A stretch of 64,000 bases of DNA, taken from NCBI RefSeq assembly GCF_009914755.1, contig NC_060930.1. One strand, 5' to 3'. The stretch comes from the human T2T-CHM13v2.0 reference genome, Homo sapiens. A program made the translations under genes and the position numbers. This document shows positions 16,970 through 32,333 of this stretch, one piece after another; position 1 is the first letter of the stretch; the number at the start of each line of letters is the position of its first letter. The notes below the pieces were generated by a model. The model did not search any database. It had not been told where the DNA came from and worked only from the letters and a program-made list of their open reading frames with translations.

Positions 16970-18020
16970 ATATTTCATTCAACAATAACAAATATTTATT
17001 TTCTAATTGCCCCAAACAGACCTTGAGATAAGAATTTGAGAGTGAATTATTTACTTGAGAAGTAAAAACCAGCAGGGGAGGGGGAAATGATGCAGGGAAA
17101 GAAGGCAGCCAACACAGGTGTATTATTAGGACAGCTACCAAAGTCTCAGAACAACTCCCCTCCCCGCTTTTCCTTACTCCCATTCTCCTCCATTGAAGAG
17201 CAAGGCAGCTGTAGTATTTATGCATCAAATGATGAGAATCATTGATTGAGGGCTGCTCTGTGGTAGTGATGGTTGTAAATCCTGAAGTGTGATGCATAGA
17301 ATAGGTAGAATGGTCTTATATATCATTTCTAGAAAGCGTCCTGGAGCTTGGAGATGCAGATACAGGCAGTTTGAAGTTGGCCAGAGCACACTTGAATGAC
17401 AGAATCCAAGGAACCTAGGAGGATATGACAGCATCTGCTATGTTTGAATACCTACTTTGTCCCAGGTATTATTCTAAGTGTTGGGATATAGGCCATAGAC
17501 AAAAATCCAAGCTCATGAAGTCTATATATTCTGGCTGGGGGAGACAAATGATAAACAAACATATAGCAAAAGATGGTAAGTACTATAAAAAAGTAAAGCT
17601 GGTTATGGGAATAGAGAGTGATGGGGGTAAGAAGGAAACCAGTTTAGAAAGCGTGGCTGGGGAAAGACTCTTTGTAAAGTGATACATGAGCAGAGAACTG
17701 AGTAAGTGAGGGAGATAACCTAGTAAGTATCTGGGGACAGGGAGATCCAGAGAGAAGAGTAAGTTCGAAGGCCCTCAGATAAGAGTGTCCCAGCATGTTT
17801 AGAAAAGAGTAAGGAGGCTAATGTTACTGGCTAGATTATAGGGAGAAAGAAAAAAATGGCAGCTGGTGAAGTCAGAATATTGGGTAGCAGTGAGATCCTG
17901 TAGGGCTTTGTAGACCACAATAAGAACGTGTTGTTTTATTATATTATGGTGTTATATTATATTGCAAGATAGATAGAAAGAAAGTGGAGGCTTTTGAGCA
18001 GAGAAGCAATTTGATCTGTG
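16970..18020 (-). mobile_element. L2 interrupted by an LTR33-like ERVL LTR (about 17005-17440)
   Basis: cattcaac..aaatattta / tgaatacctactttgt..caggtattattctaag L2 end split by cagaccttgagataagaatttgag..agggaaagaaggcagccaa. Confidence 0.7.
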
Positions 18021-19380
18021 ATGTTGCCAGTCAAAATTGGTGATTGCCATATTGTTTCTGTTCTTCACTCTAAAACACCAAAAATAGTAAAGCAAACACA
18101 TGATCACCCATCCATTCATCCATACATTGAGAAAGCCTTTCAGAGTTGAGTAATTCCGGCTCCCTTTCTGCTACTGCCATCTGGGACAAGCTGCTGTGGG
18201 GAGGTAGTAACTGGGAGGTAGCTCATATGAAGAAGACAGGCAGAATGAGAAACAAAGACGAACAATGTTGGCCAACCCAATGATCACCACTCTTCATTTT
18301 TTTTCTTTTTCTTTCCTTTTCATTTCTTTTCTTTGAATCTCTACCTTAAAGAACTACACATAGTCCTTCACATCAGAAGGTGACACTATAGTTCTTGACA
18401 GACAGAAGATATTCAAGAAATATTAATGAACTCCTAAAATCTGTGTTAATTTATGGCATGTAACTGGTGCAGGGTTAAAAAAAAAAAGACCAATAATGAC
18501 ATAAAATGCACATTAACATAAGCAGCAGAATATACACAGGTTAAACCAAACAATCACACAGGGGATTTACTTGTGCCCTGGGAGGCTAAGACCATAGGCC
18601 AGGGATCACCATGGTGAAAGTTTATTCCTCTTTTGCTAGGAGGTTGGACTATCGTGCTCGTTGAAAATGGGGGCGAGGAATCAGGAGACAGAGTTGAGGT
18701 TTCCCCCTATTGCATTGTAAGGTATCTGTAGAATGTTCTATAGACACCTTTTCAATTCAATTCCTTGTTCCAGGAAGAACAAGAAGCATTTCCACCAGGA
18801 GAGCTACATCCTGAAAACGTTAAATTTTCATGGTGCAGAGTGGAATAAAAGAAAAAACCGACTTCAATTCTCTATTCCATCTGTGAGAAGAGAGCAGAGA
18901 AGTTTAAAGTGTGTGACCTTGAGACGGATTTTTCTTTTCTGTTCTCTGTCATCCGACTAAAAGCAGGAAAGCAGAGGAGTCATCTCTACACCTCTGGAAA
19001 AGAGCACCCATTGTGACAATGACAAAGGGCAGTTTTGTCCATCGCAAACACGGGCCTCGGGGCAGCAGTTCTGGTGAAGGGGAAAGGAGAAGCCCCAGAA
19101 AGCTTCATGGTCACGCCACGTATGGGATGCTCGGCAGCTGCCCTGGCTGGGATCTAACAACAGGAAGCCAGCGGACCTCACGGGGCCATTCCCAGGCTTA
19201 GATTGAAGGGAGTAAGTTGGGGAGTTGAGGGTAAAAGGAGCAGCAGTGAGGGTAGGAGACCTTGTCAGACTATAGTCTAGGATTTGCAGAGGAAGATATT
19301 TGAGGGGCAGCACTCTCTTTAGTAGTTTGCAAAATGCAGGGGTAAGAGAAAATTACCCTCTGCCTGGAATAACTAAGGAG

Positions 19381-19666
19381 TTTTGAGACGGAATCTCACT
19401 CTGTCATGCAGGCTTGAGTGAAGTGGCGTGATCTCGGCTCACTGCAACCTCCGCCTCCTGGGTTCAAGTGATTCTCCTGCCTCAACTTCCCAAGTAGCTG
19501 GGATTACAGGCACCCATCACCACATTGGGCTAATTTTTGTATTTTTAGTAGAGACAAGTTTTCACCATGTTGGCCAGACTGGTCTCGAACTCCTGACCTT
19601 AGGCAATCCGCCCACCTCAGCCTCCGAAAATGCTGGGATTACAGAAGTGAGCCACCGCACCTGGCC
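19381..19666 (-). mobile_element. Alu with almost no tail
   Basis: Dimer with only T4 remaining. Confidence 0.93.
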
Positions 19667-20219
19667 CAAGGATTCCTATTTGGATTGAATATCAAGGCTT
19701 GCTAGGAAAGACAGCCAACAAGTCACCAAGTTAATAGAAGGACAATGATGCTTCCTTTTTCTCCTCAAAATCTTCCTTCGCTACTAAAAGGTGTAGGCAC
19801 ATAGTTTCATCATGAAAAAATATTAATCAATAGAATCTCCTCTTATTTTTCTTAATCTTATTCAGCCGCAAACTTGATATATTTTTCCTAGGTTGTAATC
19901 TCTCTGGTTTTGCTAACTTTAGTCAACTTTCTGTTTTGTACAGAAAGCAGTCCAACAAGTCTAGTTCTCAAGTTAAGATTCCAATTGAAGACCAAACTGA
20001 AGATCACTCTGAGACTGCAAGCATAACTTCTTGTTTAGAAACTGAAGTTATAACACACATAGGTGAATAGTCTCCACCTGCATGGATATCTACCTCTGTT
20101 CTTATAGATACAGCACTAAGTTGGAAGTAGAAATGGAGAGAGAAGTTACAATGATAAATACCATTTGACAGCTTTTGTAGAGAGTAGAATTTCTACTGAT
20201 AATAATAATAAAGTCCTAG

Positions 20220-20607
<388 letters not shown>

Positions 20608-21128
20608 TGACTAAGCTATTTGTGTGTCTAAGTGACAACACATCTATATTACAGACAATCAGAATTTTTCCTTTTATTTTCATTCTTACAGATAAAAAGA
20701 TGAATTCTTTTACTACTACGAGAAAGGCCTCTGTTTCTTTCCTCCAACAAGTTCTAGAATAAAAAAGGAATTCAACAGAGAAATATAGAGGGAAAAAAAA
20801 AGATCTTTGAATGTACTCCTCATATTCAAACTTTATTTAAAAACTTCCTCAGAAAGGCCGACTTGCATCTAAGTTTATATCATCATTATTTGTAAAAGAT
20901 CTCAAATAGCAATAAAACATTTTCTTTTTATCAAATACTAGAAACAATAAATCAGAGTCTTTATAAAAAGCAAAAATAAGCAGCATTTGTTTAATAAGGT
21001 GCAGAAAAATCCACCTCAAATATGCATCATTAAGCTTACTGTCTCCATGGTCTTGGAACTACTAATTTTCTTGGGAATAAAGAAAAGAGATTGGGAAAAA
21101 AGTCCTTGGTTTCCTCCCGAAAATAGTG

Positions 21129-21166
21129 TGCGTGTCACGAGAGATAAGAAAATGAGGAAATGTGGT
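21129..21166. promoter_or_regulatory. Candidate enhancer motif cluster (GATA, ETS, RUNX, XRE core)
   Basis: TGCGTG 21129, AGATAAG 21142, GAGGAA 21154, TGTGGT 21161 in unique sequence with retained CpGs. Confidence 0.35.
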
Positions 21167-22198
21167 ATGCGTTGACTAAACCCTTTACTTCTTTAGCGGA
21201 GGAACCATGTCTTATTCAATTTGTTCTTTTCCAAATCATTTTCTAAATTTCCCAATAACATTTATTACCTTTCTCCCTTAGATTTAAATTACCATATTTC
21301 TATACAAGTAAGGTTGAATTCTTGGTTACCAATTATTTTCTCTTTTTATGTCCACTTCAATGCCCATATCATATTATTTTCATTAGTAAAGCTTATGTTT
21401 TCCTCTATAGTAATGCAAGGTCCAGTGATTGTGATTTTCCCCCATCATTTATTACGTATTTTTGCATAATTTCTCCGTGAATTTTTTAATTATCTTCTGG
21501 AGGAATTTCTGAATTAAACCTTATTAAACATTTTGATAATATTTTAGTTATGATTGCATTAAACTTATACATTAATTATATAATTAAATTTTTTTTACAA
21601 TATCCAGTCTTCCCATCTAAGAACATGGCTTATCTCTACATTTTTTTGAAGTCTTCTTTGACAACCTTAAGAAAAGTTTGATTTTTTTGGTTATAGGTGT
21701 ATTAAAATTTATTATTATAATTATTACTAAGTATCTCATTTTTCATTGTTGCTACTGTAAATGGGGCTTTTTCCCTTTTATGTTTTCTTATATCTGGTAT
21801 ATAGAGCACTTTATTTTTGTATGTTAATCTTGTATCTGGCCACCTTAATGGACCCTTATATTGTTATTATAGTTCATCTATTGAGTTTTTTAATATCTGT
21901 ATAGGTGATCCTATCTCCTGTAACTGGCACTTTTATCCCTTCCCTTTCAATATTCATATTTTTAATTTCTTTCTCTCAGAGTATTTTTCAGGATCTTCAG
22001 TACATATTTAATGGTGGTAGTTTTGCAAAAATCCTTGTATTTGTAGGAATTCTTCTGATATTTCACCAAAAGGATGCTTGCTACTGGTTCTTGGTAAAGT
22101 CCTAGGCTATTAAGATTTCTATCTTTATGAGTTCTTGATTGTTTACCAGTAAATGTTATTTTTCATATCTGTTGAGATAATTATATATATTTTCTTTT

Positions 22199-23113
<915 letters not shown>

Positions 23114-23199
23114 CATAACTGCATTTTCTAATGCTGAATGATTCTTGCATTGCTGGAATAAATCCTACTACTTTACGAGGTTTGTGTTTTTTGTTCATA

Positions 23200-24260
23200 T
23201 GCTACTGAAACCAAATATAATTAGAAATTTATTACATAATAAATGTTCCTTCTCAATTCAGTGTGGAAAAGATGGGGTTTTCAATAAATATATGGTGTGG
23301 GGAAAGTGGATAAGATATGGAAAAATACTAAATTGGATTCATCTTTTAAATATATATCAAGGTACTCTACACATGTGTCAACAATTTAATGTACACTATG
23401 ATACAAGAAGATAAAGATAAAAGAAGAAAATATTTATACATTTCTTTACAACTAAAAAGCCTTTCTAAACCAAGTCTCAAAATCTGGAAGCCAAGAATTA
23501 AAAAAAAAAAAAAAAAAGACTGATCAAGTAGACTGCATAAAAATGGAAAAATGCAACATGGCAAAAGACACCACAAACAACTGTACAGACAAATGACAAA
23601 TTGAGATAAAGCATTTGAAATTCGTAGCAGAAGCAATACTCTAAAAGCCCCTCCATACCATCCCTAATACTTTAAAAGCCGCTAGAAATTGAGAAGAAAA
23701 AAAAAAAACCTGAAAGAAAAACTATTGTTCACAGAAAAGAAAATACAGATGGCCCTAACATATGAAAAAAATGTCCAACCTTGTTTATAACAAGAGAAAC
23801 ACACATTAAAACTACACTAAGATAACATTGTTCGCCTGACAGATTTGCAAAGTTTCCACCAGCAAGTTGGGGGAGAAGTCCTATTCAGGGTAGGTGTGCA
23901 AAGCAGAGCAACCACCATAAAGGGCAATTTGGCCAGATATAAGAAACTGCAAGCTGCACCCTACTTCTGCAGTGTTTTCTCACAAATACACTGGCCTGTA
24001 TATAAAATTCTGTATTTACAAGGCTGTCCACTACATTATTATTTATTATAGAAAAAAATTAAATGGGACAGGCAGAATTCAGAAGAGAACTGCTAAACTC
24101 AGTTATAGTCAATGCAGACAATGGAAAAGCAGGCTATTACAAAAGCAAGTGAGGAAGCTTTCCTTATATTTGTGTGGAAAGATCTTCAGAATACATGGTT
24201 AAGTGGAAAATAGGCAAGGTGAGGATGAAGTGTATAGTATGCTACCCGTACTGGTATTAA
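23200..24260 (+). mobile_element. Old L1ME 3' region
   Basis: ggaaaagatggggttttcaataaat..ggtgtgggga; ttcacagaaaagaaaatacagatggcc. Confidence 0.65.
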
Positions 24261-24356
24261 TATCAATCAGATATGGAAATAACCACTTCACAGCAGTGAC
24301 TCTCAAAGTGTGGTCTGGGGTCCATGAGGTCAAAACTATTTTCATGATAATATTTA

Positions 24357-24665
<309 letters not shown>

Positions 24666-24668
24666 TCA

Positions 24669-26145
24669 GACTAGGCAAAAAGAACAAATCTGGAGGCATC
24701 ATGTTACCTGACTTCAAACTATACTATAAGGCTGCACTCACCAAAATAGCATGGTACTAGTATAAAAATAGGCACACAGACCAATGGAACAGTATAGAGA
24801 ACCCAGAAATAAAGCCAAATACTTACAGCCTACTGATCTTCGACAAAGCAAACACAATATAAAGTGGGGAAAGGACACGCTATTCAACAAATGGTGCTGG
24901 GATAATTGGCAAGCCACATGTAGAATGAAACTGGATCTTCATTTCTCACCTTTTACCAAAATCAACTCAAGATGGATCAAAGACTTAAATCTAAGACCAG
25001 AAACCATAAATACTTTAGAAGATAACATTGGAAAAACCCTTCTAGTCTTTGGCTTAGGCAAAGCGTTCATGACCCAGAACCCAAAAGCAAATGCAATAAA
25101 AACAAAGATAAATAGATGGGACGTAGTTAAACTAAAAGGCTTCTGCACAGCAAAAGAAATAATCAGCAGAGTTAACAGACAACCCACAGAGTGGGAGAAA
25201 ATCTTCACAATCTATACATCTGACAAAAGACTAATATCCAGAATCTACAAAGAACTCAAAGAAATCAGCAAGAAAAAAAATGAACAATCCCATCAAGAAG
25301 TGGGCCAAGGACATGAATAGACAATTCTCAAAAGAAGATATACAAATGACCAACAAGCATATGGAAAATTGCTCAACATCGCTAATGATCAGGGAAATGC
25401 AAATCAAAACCACAATGTGATGCCACCTCACTCCTGCAAAAGTGGTCATAATCAAAAAATCAAAAAAGAGTATATGTTGGCATGGATGTGGTGAAAAGGG
25501 AACACTTTCACACTGTTGGTGGGAATGTAAACTAGTACAACCACTATGGAAAACAGTGTGGAGATTTTTTAAAGAACTAAAAATAGATCTACTGTTTGAT
25601 CCAGCAACTCCACTACTAGGTATCTACCCAGAGGAAGAGAAGTCATTATACAAAAAAAACCCCACATGCACATGCATGTTTACAGCAGCACAATTCGCAA
25701 TTGCAAAAATATAGAACCAACTCAAGTGCCCATCAATCAACAGGTGGATAAAGAAAATGTGATATATATATATATAATGGAATATGACTTAGCCATAAAA
25801 AGGAACAAAATAATGACATTCACAGCAACCTGGATGGAATTGGAGACTATTATTCTAAGTGAGGTATCTCAGGAATGGAAAACCGAATATCGTATGTTCT
25901 CACTCGTATGTGGGAGCTAAGCTATGAGGATACAAAAGCATAAGAATGATACACTGGACTTTGGGGTATTGGGGGAAAGTGTAGTGGGTGGCAAGGGATA
26001 AAAGACTATACATTGGGTACAGTGTATACTGCTTAGGTGATGGGTGCACGAAAATCTCAGAAATCACCACTAAAGAACTTATTCATGTAACCAAACACCA
26101 CCTGTTCCTCCAAAACCTATTGAAATAAAAAAATTAAAAATAAAA
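24669..26145 (+). mobile_element. L1PB1-like 5'-truncated LINE-1
   Basis: ORF2 C-terminal frames ([27 protein letters not shown]); L1PB 3' UTR; TSD gtatttgctca at 24658-24668 and 26151-26161. Confidence 0.92.
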
Positions 26146-28479
26146 TGGGTGTATTTGCTCAACTTTGCTTTCTAATATTTAAAAAACATATCAGTGAAAA
26201 AATCCAGGAATAAAGGCAGCCTTGGGCTGATTCAAATTAATCTGGTTGACATTTCCCTTGCTCTGTCACTTACGCCTGTGCCATTATCATTGGCATTTAG
26301 GTCCAGCCGTGAAGAAATGAGTAGGCACTGCCAGGCAAGTCTAAGAAAACAGACCACAACCACTTGCTTTTTGAACCTTGTCTTTCCCATAAAGAAATTT
26401 ACAAAAAGAAAAAGAGGATCACAAAATATAAAATACTCCCAGAAGTCTAGTCCAAAAATGTCTATCAAAATTAAACTTTTTTTTCCCTTCAGACTTGTAA
26501 GGGCAAAAGTAAAGCAGATAATCCATGTGAGTTCTAGATCATAATAAACAAAAATTCAAATGGGCAATTTATTTTTCTAAGTGACAAGTAAGTATAGATC
26601 TACTAAATATAGGATTTGTGGTCATTGCTATATGTAGGTAGGGACCAGATGCTTGGTCACAAGGGATACCGAATGAGAGTGAAAAGCCACTTCTACTATT
26701 CAGACACTCAAAAGCATGTGGCATTTGCTGTTTATAAAATGTTTTTCCCTTGTGTGAAATATTTCTGAACCGTGGTCTCCAGGGCACGCACGTTGCGCTG
26801 TTTTTTCCTGGAGTCGTGTTTCGTTTGCACAAACTAACCCACATTTTCTTCTGTGATTCTTCATATGACTAATGAAGCACAGCTCTGAGGTTATGATTTA
26901 GAGGAATATCTGTAGCCATCAAGGGTACAACACTGACTGGGCCCATACCCTGAGTATAAACATGATCTCACATACTTAGCGGATCAGCCTTCCTTCTCCT
27001 CTTTTCTTTTTCATTTTTGTTTTAAAAGATAGTCTATTTAGCTATAATTGAATGGTTTAAGAAAAAATGGTGTTTTTCTGCACTGGCTCTCTGACTTATG
27101 CCTCCGATAAAAATGTGTGGCTCATCATTTCTTCGGGTTCTGCTCAGGCTTTTCCCCAAGAGATGGCTCAGGCTTCATGGCTTGATGCTCCACCCATCTA
27201 TCAGATCCTTGCATGCCACAGCTGTCCAAGACCACCAAGTAATTTGAAGAGACACTGCAGTATACACCTTGAGAATTTGTTTCCCTTCCTGCTCACACTC
27301 ACCTAATTTACCCATCCTTGTATAACAGCTCCTTAAGTTTATATATCGATAACTTACTTGCATATACCAGTAAAATGAGTGCATGTGTTTGTAAATAATT
27401 TGTGTGTGTTTATTTGTAAAATAATAAAACAACATGAAGAGTAAATGCATTTCAAATTCAGAAGTTAATATACAGCACTCTTTTTAAGGATATATTAAAA
27501 TCTTATTTGTATGTCTTCATCTATTTAAAAAAAGTACAAAGCACACAAAAACACAAAAGCTAATGGTTTCCTACAATTGGGACCTCCTTGTTCTTTAAAC
27601 GGGTAGGATAATTATAGTATCACAAGGACCTCAGAGTTTGATTTCACAGAAAATCACCTTTCAGAATTAAATAACATTTCGATGTCCAGCACCATTCCAT
27701 TTTCAGCTCCTCCGTGGAGTCTAAAATATTGTATTGTTTGTAGCATTTATTTTTAGACATTGTTTTAGAAAAGATATTGGGACTGCCTACATATTGTGAA
27801 TGTTTGTGTGAATGGCTTAGTCAGGACTGGATTTATAATCTCTGACCTAAGATGGAAGTTTCTGAATGACACTGGCACTTGGTGGAGGTGATCTAATTCT
27901 CATGATGAGTCTGAACACCTCACTTAGAAAATGTGTCAATTAATTATAGAGAATCCAAAAGATACAAAAACAAGAAAAAAATAAAACCATCAGTTGTGAT
28001 AAAGTGTATTAAATCTCATGCAGTAATCCTGCCCTTTACCAGACTATTATCCTGAAATTCTCACATCTATACTTTGCTTCTACTGTCTCCAGATGTAACT
28101 TTCTCCAGCAAAGCCTTCTATAAATCCTCTGTGTTAGGGACAGATAGGGCAACCCATAGTTCCTTTTCTTTCAAGGCTTCCTTACTCATCAGTAAGCTGA
28201 AGGTAGAGAGTGTTGCCACAATATATGCATATCAAGGAGTGAAATGAAAACAGTTGAGTTAATTTTGTGAAGCATTTCCACCTTTCTGGTAAGAATGAAA
28301 TGCGTATGTATGTGTGAACTACAAACTACGAATTGCTCAATTTCGGTAATTCCGCAATACTAAGGCAATGCTCTTACGTTTGCTTGTAAGACTAGCCATG
28401 CACAAAATAAAAATGAGCAGTAAAATTCATGCTAATGATTTCAAGTTTTAATTTTTCTTTACATAGAATAACATTAATT

Positions 28480-28630
28480 AGAAAATAAAAAACATTGTAA
28501 GTAGAGAAAGAGGCCCTAGAAGAAAAGAAAAAGTCTTACATTTAGTACCTTTTACTGCACTTTTTCCTGCTTTTGGAACAAGGAATCCTGCATTTTCATT
28601 TTGCACAGGCCCCCACAAATTATGTGACCT
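28480..28630 (+). mobile_element. MER45B/C-like fragment
   Basis: gaacaagga.tcctgcattttcattttgcacaggccccca caaattatgt. Confidence 0.6.
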
Positions 28631-31029
28631 TGGTTATAATGATGCATCAGACAAGATCCTTTGAGACTGAAAAAGTTCACTATCTTTCAGAATGCCTAAC
28701 ATATAGAAAGATCAGATAGTGAGATAGATATTGTTTGTTCATTATGTTAAAGCAGCTACTGTGCAAGTACTTGGGAAGCGTAAATACTTGGTCCATCACT
28801 TCCTTAGAATCTGCTTACCAATAATGATTGGCTTTATGTCGTTTATCGTTACAGGAATAGGAAGTTTTTTTTTTTTTTCCAATACCGCACCTGTGCTGGC
28901 CTTTCTCAGGGGCTCCAGGAGCATTTCATCACAGGCATGTAGAGTGCTCAGTGACCTTTAAGGGAAGATCAGGTGGTTCCTCTGTTCTTCACACGGGGGA
29001 AGGAAAGACCTGCTTGTAAAATGTAACAAATGTTTCCTGGGTTGAAGCCAATTTATTTTTGATCTTCATTTGATCTTTATTTTGACTAATCCTTTTCTCT
29101 TTGTGTGATTTCCTTTTGTTGATATGCCAACATTCTGCCAGCCTGTTTCCTTTCTCGAAAAGCCCCTCATTTCTGTTAAGTTTAATTTAGTATTCAGGCT
29201 TGTTTGCCAAAACTAAATTAGATTCCCTCTGCCCTAGCACCCACCCCTATTCAGGTCAGAAGAATATCTTTTAAAATATCTTGGAAATTGGGTCATCTAT
29301 ATGCTTATTGTGCCTTTACCTTTTAACGACAGTCATATGTTGGTCTTTATGGATGTGTTTAATGGAGGCGGGGTGAGGGGAGGAAACTCAGGATTTTCTT
29401 TCCAGTTATTCATTTTCACAAATAAGATAATATTTTCATGTCACTGTGGTCAACTATCCAGGTAATACATTCAGATTTCATTTGAATTAAACAAGATGGC
29501 TTTAATGTAAATTCAAGGATGTGATATAGGAACTTGGTTAATCCATTCCATAGGCTACTTAGAGGACTCTAGTTGGCAATCTGGCATTATAGGAATTTGT
29601 TGCAGGCAATCTATCGGCAAGCCCAAAGTCCTCTTGCAACGCTTTACTGAACTGTGTACATACTACAAGAAAACTTCTTTTTCCAGATGAAACCCTCTTC
29701 AGAGGTTTAAGCAGAGCAAGGTGAAGCACCAATTTGTACTGTTAGCTCAGCATTTTCAGCATGCAAGTTCTGCTTCCAAAAACCTCCCTTTGAGCCCGAG
29801 TTTGCAAGAAGTACAGATCTCCTGAGTTTCACTTTGAGTGTCAAGTTCAAGCAGAACCAAAAGGAAACTCAAAGCAAAACCCAGTTTGGACCCTTTGAGT
29901 TTCACCTGGCTTCTACCTGAAAGAAATACCCAATGTTCCCTTGAAACTTGGCCCACGTTCGCATGCAATTCAACTGAAATCCAATTCAGCATTGCTGAAA
30001 GGTTTGCAAACCTCCATGAAATGAGCTGTGAACTCAATGTGGCCTTTGGGTATCTAAGGAAGTTTCCCAACATTTCCAACAAACTTAAACAGGACTTTTA
30101 GGACCTGGTGATGACTCTGTTATATTTTAAAGTATAATTCATCCCCAGGAAATCTATGAATCACATAGAGTTGGCCCCCAGAGATAAGTTGTCTACACTT
30201 TGAAAAATTATTTTTTATCTCTGTATGCTCTTAAATTGGGAGAATTCTGGTTAATTGATCAGAAGTTAGGGAGCTTTCAATACATGCTGTTTTCACCTCA
30301 CCACACCACTGCATACAATGAATTCCACAAGCTCGGACATATTAGGGAGCATTTGCTATAAAGTGGCCCCAAGAATCTACACATTTCTAATGGTAAACAG
30401 TTGAGATAATCCAATATCTTTGCCCAACACAATGGGTTGGAACAACCTGTCACATAAGACAAACTTCCACTTCTAATGAAGATAAAACTGCGCTTATTCT
30501 TTCATTCGTTCTTTAGGCAAAGTTCCTTCCCGTCTCATCTGTGCCTTGCCCTCCACCCTCTGCTCTCACCACAAAGCCCTACTTGTGCCTTCTGATAATC
30601 CTCATCCACTCTCCCTTCTCTAACCACTTAACCTCTTCACCTTCAAGCCATTTTCTCCCTCCCTCAATTCTGTATTACCTGCCTCACTCCTCTTCTCTCT
30701 CCCAGTCCCCCCTGCCCTTTCTTCATCTGCCCCTATTCTAAAGCCCCCTAATGGTTTTCCAACCAGCTTCCAACTGCACTGCTCGGACAGTGTTGTAAAT
30801 GGGTCTCTACTACCTCTCTTCCACTGTTCCTGTGCCTGTCCGGGGCTGCTTATTTCCACTCTTGTGATCCTTATTTTCTGAACTGGCACTTTGGAAAGAA
30901 CCTCTCAAGAGAGGAGGTTGTAAGGCTGTCCTCAGCCCCTGCCAGTGGAAACACCTGGCAGCAACTATGGATGACAGAGTGATTTTCTGTCCTATCAACT
31001 CAAACGCAAACAGGAGAGAGTAAGTAATA

Positions 31030-31230
31030 TATAGTGAAACACGCATGGGTTTGGGAGTCAACAGACATAGGTTTGAATAGCATCTCTGCCTCCACAACCT
31101 TGGACAACTGACCTAACTTCTTGGAGCTCTGATTCCCTCACCAGTGAAACAGGGACACCAGTGTCTACCCCAAAGTGTTAAAGGAATAAATAAAATAACA
31201 TGCTTCATAGGGGCTCAGTTCACATTAATT
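31030..31230 (+). mobile_element. MIR
   Basis: tttgggagtcaacagacataggtttgaat..ccttggacaactgacctaacttct. Confidence 0.75.
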
Positions 31231-31884
31231 CTTTAACCTTAAGAGTTCATTAAGAGAAGATGCTGCATTTTATATTTTAAGCTTTAAGCAGAATGATTTA
31301 GTGGGAAATTTAAATACTGCTTATTTTTAGCCTGGAGAACAGGGAAGTAGTGTAACATCTCTGTTCAATGTCCTAAGCTACGTGGTGTTTTTGCACAGAG
31401 GCACAAAAGACACCAGACTCAAGGAAATCTCATTTTCTCATTTGGGATGCATTTTCCAAAGTGCTCATTTTGCTGGAGCTAGCGTGATTTCAGGCTATCT
31501 GCTTGATTTTAATTAGAGTACTTGTCTCACAAAGGAGAGTGTTACTACAAATAATATATCAATTACTCACATCTGTGCATTACTTTGCAAATAGAAACAT
31601 TGGTTGTTAAAAATTACCTGAAAAGAAAATCAAGCTAAAACTTAATAGTGCTTATAATTGTATATAACTTAATGACATTATCGTTATTACTGTTAACATA
31701 CTAATATTAAAATGATAAGACTCGTTCTGTTGAGGGTTGAAGTCAGAAAGACAGAAGTAAGGAATATTCAGCATTGTTTTTGACTGTGAGTTACATAAAA
31801 AGCTATAATTTTTTTTGACTCAACAAGGATCTTAATCTCTTTTCCATTCACTTTAACATACATTGTTTTGTTGTTGTTGTTTCC

Positions 31885-32185
<301 letters not shown>

Positions 32186-32333
32186 TTTTTTTTTTTTTAA
32201 CTTTATATTCCAGGATACATGTGCAGAATGTGCAAGTTTGTTACATAGATATATATGCGCCATGGTGGTTTGCTGCACCTCTCAACCCAACATCTAGGTT
32301 TTAAGCCCTGCATGCATTAGGTATTTGTCCTAA
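32186..32333 (-). mobile_element. Short L1PA8-like 3' end (about 150 bp)
   Basis: ggatacatgtgcagaatgtgcaagtttgttacatag..ctaggttttaagccctgcatgcattagg; shared TSD aacatacattg at about 31855 and 32338. Confidence 0.88.

Noticed and set aside
18560-18720. Faint U1 snRNA-like words
   Set aside because: The match is not colinear with U1 and there is no Sm site or stem-loop order.
24784-25920. Longest ORFs (178, 90 and 84 aa) as genes
   Set aside because: They are frameshifted L1 ORF2 fragments.
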